This document shows, in pieces, positions 50,455 to 60,894 of a DNA stretch of 64,000 nt. Origin of the DNA: a virus. The DNA is taken from positions 24,912-88,911 of IMG/VR virus record IMGVR_UViG_3300009182_000039. One strand, written 5' to 3'. Made by a program: the position numbers and the translations under genes. The stretch's first letter is position 1; each line of letters opens with the position of its first letter. The notes below the pieces were generated by a model. The model did no database searches and was not told the origin of the DNA. It was given only the letters and a program-made list of their open reading frames with translations.

Positions 50455-51969
50455 TTAATTTGTTTTAGTAATAGTAGTACCAGCTGGAATACTAGGTGCT
50501 CCAGGCGGAATTGTATTTGGGCCGTCTGCTAAATTAACATCATTTTTTACTCCTCGGTTATGATACGGCCAAGGTTCGTGCGTAGGAGCTCGAGTAACAA
50601 TACTTTTTAATTTGCTTGAGCCTACATTCCAGCCACTGCTAGCTTTAAATGTGCTATCCGGCATAGTATATTCAGTTAGTGGCGTGGGGACTTCAGCAGT
50701 AGGAGCAGATCCAGGATTTAACTCTATAGTAGACCCTTGTAGTGTCAATTGACCAGCTGAATTCCATGATCCACCAACACTATCTAAAACTAATTGGCCA
50801 TTACTTTTAACATTAATTTTTGCTTGACTAAACAATGTTAGCGCAGCTTTGCTTGAACAAGTAAATGTTTCTTCGGCTTCAAATGTAATTCCTTTTTTAC
50901 TTTTTATGTTAATATTTTCACCAGCAAAAATATTAAAATCTTTGTCTGCATGTAAATTTATAGTACCTTGTGTTCTTAAATTAATAGAATTTGTTGTATA
51001 AACATCCAATGTACCTTCTTGACCAAACTCCAGCCATACCTGTCCATTAGCATGAGCAATATAAAAACAGTTTCCATCATCTGACATTGTGATCTGATGA
51101 CCTTTAGCTGATCGAATTCGTACTAACGAATTTTTTCCACCAATATCTCCATCGTCCATTACAAAAGAATGGCCGCCTTTTCTGCCAACAACATTAACTG
51201 CTTCCGGCGGAACCGATCCAGATGCTACTTGTTGTTGAATAGTCGAGTCTTTTAACCCGCCTTGATATACCGGGCGACCAGGTGTACTAAAACCAAAAGT
51301 ATTACTAGGACTTTCCCGTTGACTAGATGAGCTTATTGATCCGCGAATTGGGTCATCAACTGTGCCTGCTTGAAACAATACGCCAGCTACATAACTATGA
51401 ACTGGTTTTTTCTGATTAAAAAATTGTGGATTTTCGTTGATGGCTGTGTTCTGTTCTGCATTATTAATCTCAGTCACAGGAAGTTTAGGGCTTTTTCCAA
51501 AGTATGTTGATTGATTTTCGTTTTGTGTAGCTGCTTCAGGAGCCGCCCCAATGGCCGGTACCATATGATTTACACCTTGCGGTGGCACAACACCTACATA
51601 AAAACCTTGATTGGGATCACCTGCGACAAAGAAGCACAATACTTGGACTCCGATGTCAGGTGGACTAAAACTCATGCCATAACTTTGTTGATTATTAGTG
51701 GATCCGTAAGTACCTACGCCAGCCGATGTACTTGTTTTTGGTGTCGCTCCACCAAAAGGTGGTATGTAACTAACTGTGCGCCACAATGTTTTATTTGTTT
51801 TATCCCCACCACCAAACTGTTCAATATAAACTTGTACACGACCACTACGAGTTGGGTCAACGTTGTTTACTATTTCACCAATGAAGGGACCAAAATCCGT
51901 AGGAGTGCCTCCGCGGTCAAATTTATACGGAGCTGATCTTCCTGTTGTTCTTTGTACGTTAAGTGCCAT
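50455..51969 (-). CDS. Baseplate central spike (gp5/VgrG-like OB fold plus beta-helix)
   Basis: NVDPTRSGRVQV, PPDIGVQVLCFF..GDPNQG, GH.FVMDD, RSAKGHQI. Confidence 0.85.
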   Translation of the reverse strand: MALNVQRTTGRSAPYKFDRGGTPTDFGPFIGEIVNNVDPTRSGRVQVYIEQFGGGDKTNKTLWRTVSYIPPFGGATPKTSTSAGVGTYGSTNNQQSYGMSFSPPDIGVQVLCFFVAGDPNQGFYVGVVPPQGVNHMVPAIGAAPEAATQNENQSTYFGKSPKLPVTEINNAEQNTAINENPQFFNQKKPVHSYVAGVLFQAGTVDDPIRGSISSSSQRESPSNTFGFSTPGRPVYQGGLKDSTIQQQVASGSVPPEAVNVVGRKGGHSFVMDDGDIGGKNSLVRIRSAKGHQITMSDDGNCFYIAHANGQVWLEFGQEGTLDVYTTNSINLRTQGTINLHADKDFNIFAGENINIKSKKGITFEAEETFTCSSKAALTLFSQAKINVKSNGQLVLDSVGGSWNSAGQLTLQGSTIELNPGSAPTAEVPTPLTEYTMPDSTFKASSGWNVGSSKLKSIVTRAPTHEPWPYHNRGVKNDVNLADGPNTIPPGAPSIPAGTTITKTN

Positions 51970-53786
51970 TATGCGTCCTTAGCTGCCATCGATTGTGTTT
52001 CTGTAGTTATCCGTGTTCCACTCTCAGTAAAAACAACTGTTTGTCCGTTTCTTAATGCTTGTGATGTGGCACTTGCAATAGCTATTGTCGATCCAGTGTC
52101 TCCAAATACTTTCACTGCCGCTGCCGCATTTTGTGGCGGAGTAAATCCGCTTGTACCAGCTAATCCAGCAAAATAATCAAGGCCGCCGTTACTTGTTGGC
52201 GCTTCAGCAGGAGTTGCTGGTTGTATTGGCGGTGTTCCAACTGATGTAGCAGAGTTAGGGGCTGCCACTGGAGTATTATTAGGCTCGCTGTTCCATAAAT
52301 TTGGATTAAGTTGATCTGCTAAACTAATACTACTACCGTTATTATCAGTGGCTAAATCAGGTAATCGTACACCTCCTTGCGGTTGATTTTCTGCTGGTTG
52401 TTTAGTATTACTAGATCCAGATGGCCTACCAGTTACACTAGCTAGCTGTGTTGGATTTAAATTCTTTAAAGCATTACCTTTTAATTCTTGCGTGAACTTG
52501 CCTTTAGAGAATGTACTTTTTACTTGAGTCGCTGTATATGCCGCACTAGCCTGTGTAGGAGAATTTGCTAAATTATTATTGTTACCTTGTGTACTCGAAG
52601 CATTTACTTCCATTAACCCTGTTCCACTGTAAGGGCCACTCGTTCCGTTACTATAGTCACTAGGAGCATTCCAATTGACAGCAAATACTACTTGTTGAAC
52701 TTCGGGGTTTACAGTACCGTCTGCATAAAATCCGCCAAATTCAAAAGCCTTAGCGGTAATACCTTTGGGTTCGCCTTGCACTAACCAAGCTGGATCTCCA
52801 ATAATTTGTAAGGTTATTTCACTTTGGTCATCAAAACTATACAAATAATCAGCTAGTGTACTAGCTGGATTGTTTGCTCCATTTTCTGCCTGCTGATCAC
52901 TTTGTGCTGATCTAGGAGATGGTACATTTTTTGGCAATCCTATCCCATATCCCACAGAGTTTGCTAATTGATTACCAACAGTTTGTTTTCCTTGGGTTCG
53001 AGTTTTATTACTTAATACATTTATATATTGATTATTATAGTTTTGCTCGTAACCTAATACTTGAGTATTTTGTCCTGTAAACCAATAGTTATAAACTTTT
53101 TGTACCCCGCGGAATTGTGCTTCGGGAAAATATTGACTTTGTGCGTCGTTTAACGCATAAGTTGATATTGTATATGTAATTTTATAAGCATAATCGTTTC
53201 GTTTTTTATCTATCTTAGGACTATTAGGTACCGCATTAACTGTTATTTTAAACCAAGTAGTTGTTTTATTAGTTGTAGTAGAAGTACTTGGTATCGAATT
53301 ACCAGTAACTTGGTCTTGTGTTACATTTAATTGATCCGTAATGTAACGACTATTACGCATAGTTAATTCAATGAATTGTATAATTTGTGTACCTTGGGAT
53401 ACTGCTATATTTTTACCTTTGGTATTAAAAGTATTAGTTTCTGGAAGTACTTTACCTTTAGCTGTATCAGTTTGTTGGCTTGGTGCTAATTTTTTATCAC
53501 TAGTGCCGGGCAACACAATTCCAGAACTGGCAAGACTTGCCGGGGCAAATTCTATTACATATTCATTAGCATACTCCACTGTACCTGCTTTAACTAAACT
53601 TTTTTCATAGGCATTTAATGCGTCACATAAACCAGTATATGTAAATTTGTTGTTTCCAGTAGGCGCGGCAGTAGCTTTTTCCGGGGCGGCTGATTTATTA
53701 GCATCTAGGCTGCCAGCAGACCGTACACCAGGACCAAGACCATCTTCACCAGCATAATTTCCAAACGCATCTAATATTGTTCCCAT
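51969..53786 (-). CDS. Baseplate hub protein (C-terminal half of a gp27-like hub?)
   Basis: KVYNYWFTGQN, LQIIGDPAWL, STFSKGKFTQEL; directly upstream of the gp5-like gene. Confidence 0.55.
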   Translation of the reverse strand: MGTILDAFGNYAGEDGLGPGVRSAGSLDANKSAAPEKATAAPTGNNKFTYTGLCDALNAYEKSLVKAGTVEYANEYVIEFAPASLASSGIVLPGTSDKKLAPSQQTDTAKGKVLPETNTFNTKGKNIAVSQGTQIIQFIELTMRNSRYITDQLNVTQDQVTGNSIPSTSTTTNKTTTWFKITVNAVPNSPKIDKKRNDYAYKITYTISTYALNDAQSQYFPEAQFRGVQKVYNYWFTGQNTQVLGYEQNYNNQYINVLSNKTRTQGKQTVGNQLANSVGYGIGLPKNVPSPRSAQSDQQAENGANNPASTLADYLYSFDDQSEITLQIIGDPAWLVQGEPKGITAKAFEFGGFYADGTVNPEVQQVVFAVNWNAPSDYSNGTSGPYSGTGLMEVNASSTQGNNNNLANSPTQASAAYTATQVKSTFSKGKFTQELKGNALKNLNPTQLASVTGRPSGSSNTKQPAENQPQGGVRLPDLATDNNGSSISLADQLNPNLWNSEPNNTPVAAPNSATSVGTPPIQPATPAEAPTSNGGLDYFAGLAGTSGFTPPQNAAAAVKVFGDTGSTIAIASATSQALRNGQTVVFTESGTRITTETQSMAAKDA

Positions 53787-53792
53787 TTATTT

Positions 53793-55091
53793 TTATCCGC
53801 TTAATAAATTAAACGCCATTCCTTCTTCGGTAGTTAAATTAATATCAGCTCCAGTTGCCATGAGGGCTGTAGGACTAACTTGAGATTTTATCGACGGTTG
53901 ATTAGTTGATTCTCTGCCGGTATCGACATCAGGAACTGCAGACACACCAGTACCAGCTAATACATCACTAACTGTTTCGCCAGTAAGTTCTATATTATAC
54001 GGAATACTAGCAGTTCCTGAAGATTGACCGTATTGAAAATGTTGCGGCATACCTTTAATTTGATATTCGATTGCTCTATTTGCCATTTTAAAATGAAATT
54101 CTGATATTCCAAATGGGTAATATCTTGTTATTGCCGCGTTAGTTATACCAGGTGTCGCGCCCGGTGTGCCTGTATTTTTTGTTGGATCTGTAATTAAATG
54201 TCCGTTAATATCCCATCCATAAAATTTAACTACCATAACATAAAATGCTAGATTATTAGCCGCTGTGGTTTCTTGGTACAAATCACGCACAGCATTAGTA
54301 AGATTTGGCAGAAGCGTTAGTCCATTTGGTTCTGTTACCTTAAATGAAATTTCAGTAAGTGTAGATGGGCCTCCCCCGCCCAATACTGAAGTAACTTCAA
54401 AATCATCTATGTAGTAATCCAATGTAAAATATTTGTTACGACCAGAAACGGCCGAAGATTGTTGATTGGTTAAATTACCTTGCGGTGATACTCCGGCTTG
54501 TTGTGCAGCCGCGCCACCACTTTGAACTAATAACGACCATTGACTAATATCAAGTTTAGACACATTTGTAATTTCTTCAAATTGTGTTGGCTTTAACAAA
54601 TACCAGCCTAAGTTATATGTATAACTAGCATATTGATCTAATATGTTTGGTTGTGGCGTAATTAAACTTCCAGGATTTGTTCCAGCATTTAATAATGCAG
54701 TAGTTCCCGAGGTGGTGTTGGATAAGCCAAAGTTATCATCGTTAGGAGCTGCCGCTCCAGGTTGTGTTGCTGCTGTTAAATTTTGAACAGTGGATCTACC
54801 GGTTCCTGTTATCCCAGCAACAATATTGGCATTAAATCCATTATTAGGATTATTGACATCAAACCCTAGACTTGTGCCTATGGTCTGATTTGGGGCAAAT
54901 AATTGAGAAGGCGTTGATTGCGTTTGTTCTGTGGTTCCAACCTTTGGATTTTCAGCTTGCCATGCATTTAATTGATTTGGGCTTGGTGAAGTGTCTGATA
55001 AAATAAAATCGCCGGTAGCTTCATTAAAATATCTATACTGTCCGGTAACGGTGTCTGGTCCTACATAACGACCAAGATTATAATTAGCCAT
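53793..55091 (-). CDS. Baseplate hub protein (N-terminal half of a gp27-like hub?)
   Basis: PNILDQYASYTY, FKVTEPNG, VKFYGWD; position between gp53-like and gp5-like genes. Confidence 0.5.
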   Translation of the reverse strand: MANYNLGRYVGPDTVTGQYRYFNEATGDFILSDTSPSPNQLNAWQAENPKVGTTEQTQSTPSQLFAPNQTIGTSLGFDVNNPNNGFNANIVAGITGTGRSTVQNLTAATQPGAAAPNDDNFGLSNTTSGTTALLNAGTNPGSLITPQPNILDQYASYTYNLGWYLLKPTQFEEITNVSKLDISQWSLLVQSGGAAAQQAGVSPQGNLTNQQSSAVSGRNKYFTLDYYIDDFEVTSVLGGGGPSTLTEISFKVTEPNGLTLLPNLTNAVRDLYQETTAANNLAFYVMVVKFYGWDINGHLITDPTKNTGTPGATPGITNAAITRYYPFGISEFHFKMANRAIEYQIKGMPQHFQYGQSSGTASIPYNIELTGETVSDVLAGTGVSAVPDVDTGRESTNQPSIKSQVSPTALMATGADINLTTEEGMAFNLLSG

Positions 55092-55092
55092 T

Positions 55093-55395
55093 TTATAAAC
55101 CTAACGCAGATTTAAGTGTAGTAATTTTTGGCAAATAAATTTGAGTGCCTGCTTTAAAATCTAAGGGAGGTGCTGTTAATGTATTTGGATTGCGCTGGTA
55201 AAATACCCACCATAGATTACTATTATCATATAAGTCGTGTGCTAACAAATCTGGTCTGTATTGATATGTCGCATTTATTGTAAAATATTGATCGTCAACT
55301 AATTTTGGAATAGGACGATTAACCATTACATCCAAAAAATACTGGCTATACTGAGTCGTATAGTATGGACTAGTTTGATTATAAGAGGCTGACAT
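55093..55395 (-). CDS. Baseplate wedge protein (gp53/LysM-like)
   Basis: YRPDLLAHDLY...LWWVF...N...G..IYLP. Confidence 0.8.
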   Translation of the reverse strand: MSASYNQTSPYYTTQYSQYFLDVMVNRPIPKLVDDQYFTINATYQYRPDLLAHDLYDNSNLWWVFYQRNPNTLTAPPLDFKAGTQIYLPKITTLKSALGL

Positions 55396-56555
55396 TACCA
55401 GAACCCTCCTTTAAGTTGATTTCCATTAGCAAATTCTCTGAGGCTAAATTGCTGACTTACTTGTTGGCGAGTATTTACTGGTAACAATCTAATGGTCATG
55501 TCCATTTTAGTTGGTACATAAGTCGGAGAGCCTTGTGCTAAATTTGGCACATTTGTTGAACCAAACGGAGTATTAGGTATAGCACCTTTAGTAGTAAATG
55601 CGTTTGCTAGTCTTTGTATACTAGAAAAAATATTATTAGTCGATACACTTTGCTGTACATTGTTCTGCGATGTTAAATTAAGACCAACTTGATTAGCAAC
55701 TTGAGCTCGAATATAGTCTACATCTTCAGGAAGGTTATAACTAAAATCAGCAATTAAACAAGGATGGCGATTAAATTGATATTGCCCCAGTCCTGATAAA
55801 AATACTAATGGCGGAGGACTACCTCGTTGAGCATCTTGACCGTAAAACATTTTTGTAGCACTACGGAAAAAATGAATTACCGCTAGCAAATAATTTGCTT
55901 GTTGTGTATCTTGTGCAGTAAAATGTGCTGTAATGCCAATATCGCCTACTTGACTATTTTGATAAAAATAACCTCTAAAATTAGCGTGTGTTAAATCATA
56001 AGTTGAATAGTTTGCTTTATAACTAATATCAATTTTAGGAGTGTAGGGGAATATAATGCCATTAGTAACTTTTAATGGTTGCAATATTCCTGGTTGTGGA
56101 GCATTATACAAATAAGTTGCTCCTTGTGCTAGACTTAATTTAACTCGCCAGTCACCGCTACCCGATTCTTGCCCTAATTGTACTGCTCGCACTGGTTGTG
56201 CTCTAGCATTATCAATACCGCGTTGAATGGTTGATGCTAACGGACTACCAGAAGATGTACCTTCGCCTTCATCTACTTCAGCTGCTCTATACAATACCCC
56301 GTCTTTAAATGTATTACCCAAACTATCAGTAGTAAACCCAGGTTCGCTATCATCATGATCAGGAGCTTGGGGAGCTCTATTAATTTCACTTTCAGGTACT
56401 ATTGTTTCGCCTTGAGCTAAACTAGCTTCTGGGTCTACAGTGGGACTAACTGGAGTCTTTTTGGCTAAAAAATTATCAACCCAGACATTGTATTCAGCCT
56501 GAGTGACTTCTATTGATGGGCCGGTGGGGTTATTAGGGTCTGGTATGAACGGCAT
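55395..56555 (-). CDS. Tail-tube initiator/baseplate protein (gp48/gp54-like); ATG at 56555 preferred as start
   Basis: IFPYTP, GSPPPLVFLSG.G, FSYNLP.DVDY, YVP; AGGA SD and TAAATA upstream. Confidence 0.65.
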   Translation of the reverse strand: MPFIPDPNNPTGPSIEVTQAEYNVWVDNFLAKKTPVSPTVDPEASLAQGETIVPESEINRAPQAPDHDDSEPGFTTDSLGNTFKDGVLYRAAEVDEGEGTSSGSPLASTIQRGIDNARAQPVRAVQLGQESGSGDWRVKLSLAQGATYLYNAPQPGILQPLKVTNGIIFPYTPKIDISYKANYSTYDLTHANFRGYFYQNSQVGDIGITAHFTAQDTQQANYLLAVIHFFRSATKMFYGQDAQRGSPPPLVFLSGLGQYQFNRHPCLIADFSYNLPEDVDYIRAQVANQVGLNLTSQNNVQQSVSTNNIFSSIQRLANAFTTKGAIPNTPFGSTNVPNLAQGSPTYVPTKMDMTIRLLPVNTRQQVSQQFSLREFANGNQLKGGFW

Positions 56556-56609
56556 TATTATTATCCTGTACAATATTTATGGTTTAGATAATGTGCCCAT
56601 ATTATGTTA

Positions 56610-56643
56610 AATAGGTTGACAATAGGTTGACTTATGTTATAAT
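56610..56643 (+). promoter_or_regulatory. Near-consensus sigma70 promoter TTGACA-N16-TATAAT with extended -10 TGn
   Basis: TTGACA 56616-21, TG 56635-36, TATAAT 56638-43; overlaps tandem AATAGGTTGAC x2. Confidence 0.75.
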
Positions 56644-56668
56644 AAATAATCACTCAGGAGATCATTTA

Positions 56669-57595
56669 GTGGCCACAGCACCCGTAGTATCACAAAGAAA
56701 AGTCATTTATCTCAATAATAGAGATATCCTAAAGCAAATACACCTAAGCAAAAATACATATTGTACATACCTAGATCCCGTAAACGATCATCAATATGAC
56801 ATTATTTTGCCCACGGTAGAGAAGATTAATCAGCGCACAGTAGCAGAAGCTAGACGAAATCGCGCAGATCGTATTAAAAAAGAAACAGGTGTAGTTACTG
56901 ATCCTAAGAAGATTCCTAATACAGATTTAGTGTTTAGAATTACTTGTTGGGAACATATACCCATGGCTCCTAAAAAAATACCAAAATCTGCTACTACAAA
57001 AAAGAAAAAATTAGACGATATTTTTGAGCTTAATTTAATAGAAGAAGATCCAGTATTAGATCTTCCTATCCCAGAAGATGCAGATTCTGCCACAGCAAAA
57101 TATGTTAGACTTCCATTCCCGCCATTTTATCATTATCGATTAGATGATAAAAAACAACCGTTTCTCGTGGGTAAAAGTCATTGGATGGGCGATTTGAAAA
57201 AAGGCGAGTTCAGCAAGGATCACGGTAATATGACACGCACTCTTGCTAATATGTTTATTAAATTATGCGATAGATATGCTACCCGTAGTAACTGGCGCGG
57301 TTATACTTATAACGAAGAAATGCGTGGAGCGGCACTTGTACAATTAAGTCAAATTGGGTTACGGTTTGATGAAAGTAAATCACAGAATCCATTTGCTTAC
57401 TATACTGCCGCTATCACTAACTCGTTTACTCATGTACTAAATTCTGAAAAGAAAAATCAAAACATCCGTGACGATATGTTAGAAATGAACGGGCTTAACC
57501 CAAGTTGGACTAGACAAGCCGCTGGTAAAAAAGATCCAAATCTTAATTCAGTTGTTACCAATATTGACGTTTCTGAGTACAATACTGAAGAATAA
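56669..57595 (+). CDS. gp55: Late-transcription sigma factor (T4 gp55-like); GTG start at 56669
   Basis: YLNN.D, NWRGYTYNEEM...FDESKSQNPFAYYT...EKK.Q; CAGGAG SD; gp55-47-46 synteny. Confidence 0.8.
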   Translation: MATAPVVSQRKVIYLNNRDILKQIHLSKNTYCTYLDPVNDHQYDIILPTVEKINQRTVAEARRNRADRIKKETGVVTDPKKIPNTDLVFRITCWEHIPMAPKKIPKSATTKKKKLDDIFELNLIEEDPVLDLPIPEDADSATAKYVRLPFPPFYHYRLDDKKQPFLVGKSHWMGDLKKGEFSKDHGNMTRTLANMFIKLCDRYATRSNWRGYTYNEEMRGAALVQLSQIGLRFDESKSQNPFAYYTAAITNSFTHVLNSEKKNQNIRDDMLEMNGLNPSWTRQAAGKKDPNLNSVVTNIDVSEYNTEE

Positions 57596-57604
57596 CCAGT
57601 TTAG

Positions 57605-57633
57605 TTGTAATCTACAATCTAGAAGTGTATAAT
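57605..57633 (+). promoter_or_regulatory. Sigma70-like promoter TTGTAA-N17-TATAAT, 7 nt before the gp47 ATG
   Basis: Perfect -10 box and 17-bp spacer. Confidence 0.55.
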
Positions 57634-57640
57634 CAAGGAT

Positions 57641-58657
57641 ATGACAAATCTATTCCGTAAAGTAGCAGTTTGTACTGACCTCCACTGGGGATTAAAGTCC
57701 AATAGTCTAGTACATAATCGTGATTGCGCAGCATTTATTGATTGGTTTATTGCCAAAGCTAAAGAAGAAGGTTGCGAAACCGGTATGTTCTTAGGCGATT
57801 GGCACAATCATCGTGCTAGTATCAATTTACAAACATTACAATTTAGTGTTCAAGCATTAGAAAAACTATCAAAAGCATTTGATAAGTTTTATTTTATCCC
57901 AGGTAATCACGATTTATACTATCGTGATAAACGGGATATCCACGGTGCTGAGTGGGCCAAACATATCCCAAACATTATTATTGTTAACGATTGGTTCAAA
58001 GAAGGAGATGTTGTTATTGCTCCTTGGCTAGTAGGCGACGATCATAAAAAATTACAAAAAATGTCAGCCAAATATATGTTTGGGCATTTTGAATTGCCAC
58101 ATTTTAAAATGAATGCCATGGTGGAAATGCCCGATCACGGAGAAATTAGTATAGACAGTTTTGGTGGAGTTGAAAGTGTATATTCTGGGCATTTTCATTT
58201 GCGTCAACAAAAGAAAAATATTACATATATTGGAAATTGTTTCCCGCACAATTTTGCCGATGCTGGCGATAGTGATCGTGGCATGATGATTAAAGAATGG
58301 GGCAAAGAAGACCAGTACTTTGCTTGGCCTGGCCAGCCGTTGTACCGTGTTATGAAGTTAAGCGACGCCATCGACAACGGTGCTAATATATTTGTACCTA
58401 ATATGCATGTTCGTGTTGAATTAGACATTGATATTAGTTACGAAGAAGCTAACTTTATTAAAGAAACATTTATTAAAGATTATAATTTGCGTGAGATGGC
58501 GTTAATACCTAGTAAGAAGACTGATATTAACACTGATTTAGCTCCAGGAGATGTTAAGTTTGAATCTGTGGATCAAATTGTAACCGATCAGCTGACTAAT
58601 ATAGCATCAGAGTTTTATGACAACAAGTTATTACTAAAAATTTATCAAAATCTATGA
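57641..58657 (+). CDS. gp47: Recombination endonuclease subunit (gp47/Mre11/SbcD-like)
   Basis: TDLHWG, LGDW, GNHD, GHF, SGHFH metallophosphoesterase motifs. Confidence 0.92.
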   Translation: MTNLFRKVAVCTDLHWGLKSNSLVHNRDCAAFIDWFIAKAKEEGCETGMFLGDWHNHRASINLQTLQFSVQALEKLSKAFDKFYFIPGNHDLYYRDKRDIHGAEWAKHIPNIIIVNDWFKEGDVVIAPWLVGDDHKKLQKMSAKYMFGHFELPHFKMNAMVEMPDHGEISIDSFGGVESVYSGHFHLRQQKKNITYIGNCFPHNFADAGDSDRGMMIKEWGKEDQYFAWPGQPLYRVMKLSDAIDNGANIFVPNMHVRVELDIDISYEEANFIKETFIKDYNLREMALIPSKKTDINTDLAPGDVKFESVDQIVTDQLTNIASEFYDNKLLLKIYQNL

Positions 58658-60417
58658 TACAAATAAAAAATTTAAGTGTTAAAAATTTCATGAGTGTGGG
58701 TAATGCTACACAAGGAATTAACTTTGATCGACAAGACTTAACCTTAGTTCTAGGCGAAAATATGGATTTAGGTGGAGATGGTAGCAGAAATGGTACTGGT
58801 AAGACCACTATTATCAATGCGTTAAGCTATGCTATGTATGGCACAGCATTAAGCAATATCCGCAAAGATAACTTAGTTAATAAAACTAACGGTAAAAATA
58901 TGTTAGTATCGTTAGAGTTTACTGTTGGCAATCAAGACTATAAAATTGAACGAGGGCGTAAACCTAACTTCTTAAAATTTTATATTAATAATAAAGAAAC
59001 CGAAGCAGACGACAATGCCCAAGGCGATAGTCGCGAAACACAAGATGCTATTGAAAATATTTTAGGTATGAGTCACGATATGTTCAAGCATATCATGGCG
59101 TTGAACACTTATACCGAACCGTTTTTATCATTAAAATCTAATGATCAGCGTACTATTATCGAACAGCTACTTGGTATTACCATGCTATCTGAGCGGGCTG
59201 AAAAAATTAAAGAATTAAATCGCACTACCAAAGAAGATATCACTAAGGAAGAGTTTAGAATCCGTGCTGTACAGGATGCTAACAAGCGCATACAGGAACA
59301 AATTGAATCTTTAAAGCGCAGACAAGGATTATGGGTAACCAAACATGAAGAAGATATCAAAGAACTTGAGAAAGCACTATCGTCGCTCCAGAAAATTAAT
59401 ATTGAACAAGAGATACAGGCACACAAGGACCACAAAGCCTGGGATCAAAAAAGGAAGGATATCAACGATTTATCTAGTCAGATCAGTCGCACGAAAATGG
59501 ATGTTACACGGGAAGACAAAACGATTTCCAAGGTATCTAAAGAAATTGAGACTCTTGAAAAGCATGAATGTCACACATGCGGGCAGGCCTTCCACGACGG
59601 TAAGCACGAATCAGTTTTGGCGAGCAAACAGAAAGATTTGGCAACAGCTCGACAGAATTTCGACGAACATACACAGCTCTTATCAGAATTGGAGGCTGCC
59701 CATGAAGCCTTGGGCGTGTTAGGCAAGCCTCCCAAGATGTTCTATGACACCGAAGAGCAAGCAATACAACATCGCAGTACTATTGAAGGATTAGTAACAC
59801 AAATAACTGGTAAAAAAGCAGAAGTTGATCCTTATGATGACCAAATTGATGAAATGACTAATCAAGCATTAGAAGAAGTATCTTACGATGCGCTAAACGA
59901 TTTAACAAAATTACAGGAACATCAAGACTTTTTGCTTAAACTATTAACAAGTAAAGATAGTTTTATTCGTAAAAAGATTATTGAACAAAACTTATCCTAC
60001 TTAAATGCTCGATTAACACACTATTTAGATCGTATTGGTTTGCCACATACTGTTGTATTCCAAAATGACTTAACTGTTAGTATCGAAGAACTAGGCCGTG
60101 AGCTAGACTTTGATAATTTAAGTCGTGGCGAACGCAACAGACTTATATTAAGTATGGCATGGGCGTTCCGTGATGTATTTGAGTCACTTTACACACCAAT
60201 TAATGTATTGTTTATCGATGAAATGATCGATAACGGATTAGATACACAAGGTGTGGAGTCGGCACTAGCCTTATTGAAACAAATGTCGCGGGAACGACAC
60301 AAAAGTATTTGGTTAGTAAGTCACAGAGACGAGTTAGCAGGGCGAGTAGAAAACATTCTTAAAGTAGTTAAAGAAGGCGGATTTACTAGTTATAACACAG
60401 ATATTGAAACAGCATGA
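58654..60417 (+). CDS. gp46: Recombination ATPase subunit (gp46/Rad50/SbcC-like)
   Basis: KNFMS, NGTGKT Walker A, coiled coil with CHTC zinc hook, LSRGE signature, FIDE Walker B, VSH. Confidence 0.92.
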   Translation: MIQIKNLSVKNFMSVGNATQGINFDRQDLTLVLGENMDLGGDGSRNGTGKTTIINALSYAMYGTALSNIRKDNLVNKTNGKNMLVSLEFTVGNQDYKIERGRKPNFLKFYINNKETEADDNAQGDSRETQDAIENILGMSHDMFKHIMALNTYTEPFLSLKSNDQRTIIEQLLGITMLSERAEKIKELNRTTKEDITKEEFRIRAVQDANKRIQEQIESLKRRQGLWVTKHEEDIKELEKALSSLQKINIEQEIQAHKDHKAWDQKRKDINDLSSQISRTKMDVTREDKTISKVSKEIETLEKHECHTCGQAFHDGKHESVLASKQKDLATARQNFDEHTQLLSELEAAHEALGVLGKPPKMFYDTEEQAIQHRSTIEGLVTQITGKKAEVDPYDDQIDEMTNQALEEVSYDALNDLTKLQEHQDFLLKLLTSKDSFIRKKIIEQNLSYLNARLTHYLDRIGLPHTVVFQNDLTVSIEELGRELDFDNLSRGERNRLILSMAWAFRDVFESLYTPINVLFIDEMIDNGLDTQGVESALALLKQMSRERHKSIWLVSHRDELAGRVENILKVVKEGGFTSYNTDIETA

Positions 60418-60460
60418 TGAAATTTTTAAGTACCACAATATCAGCGATAACTATTAGTCC

Positions 60461-60889
60461 ATGTCTTGGCTTTATGAAAATCAAACTATCGAAGTATTAC
60501 CAGAAGACTGTATTGGGTTCGTTTACTTAATTACAAATACACTTTCTGGCCGGAAATATGTAGGAAAAAAATTAGCAAAATTTAGTAAAACAACATATAA
60601 AGTAGTAAAACTTAAAAACGGTAAAAAGAAACGCAAGAAAATCAAAAGTAAAATAGATTCAGACTGGCAACAATATTATGGCAGCAATATAGAGTTAAAC
60701 AAAGACATCAAACAACTAGGCAGCGAAAATTTTACAAGAGAAATATTATACTACTGTAGGTCCAAGGCTGAATGTAGTTATATTGAAGCTCGTGAGCAAT
60801 TTAATAGAAAAGTACTAGAAACTAAAGACTATTATAACGGACATATACAAGTTCGTGTACATGGTAGTCATATAATCAACAAAATTTAA
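60461..60889 (+). CDS. Small stand-alone GIY-YIG (Seg-like) endonuclease
   Basis: GFVYLITN...KYVGKK, YYGS, F.REIL, E, YYN. Confidence 0.8.
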   Translation: MSWLYENQTIEVLPEDCIGFVYLITNTLSGRKYVGKKLAKFSKTTYKVVKLKNGKKKRKKIKSKIDSDWQQYYGSNIELNKDIKQLGSENFTREILYYCRSKAECSYIEAREQFNRKVLETKDYYNGHIQVRVHGSHIINKI

Positions 60890-60894
60890 TCATC

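Noticed and set aside
60118-60132. LSRGE in place of LSGGE in gp46 as a sign of inactivation
   Set aside because: Walker A and B, zinc hook and H-loop are intact; Rad50-type signatures vary at this position
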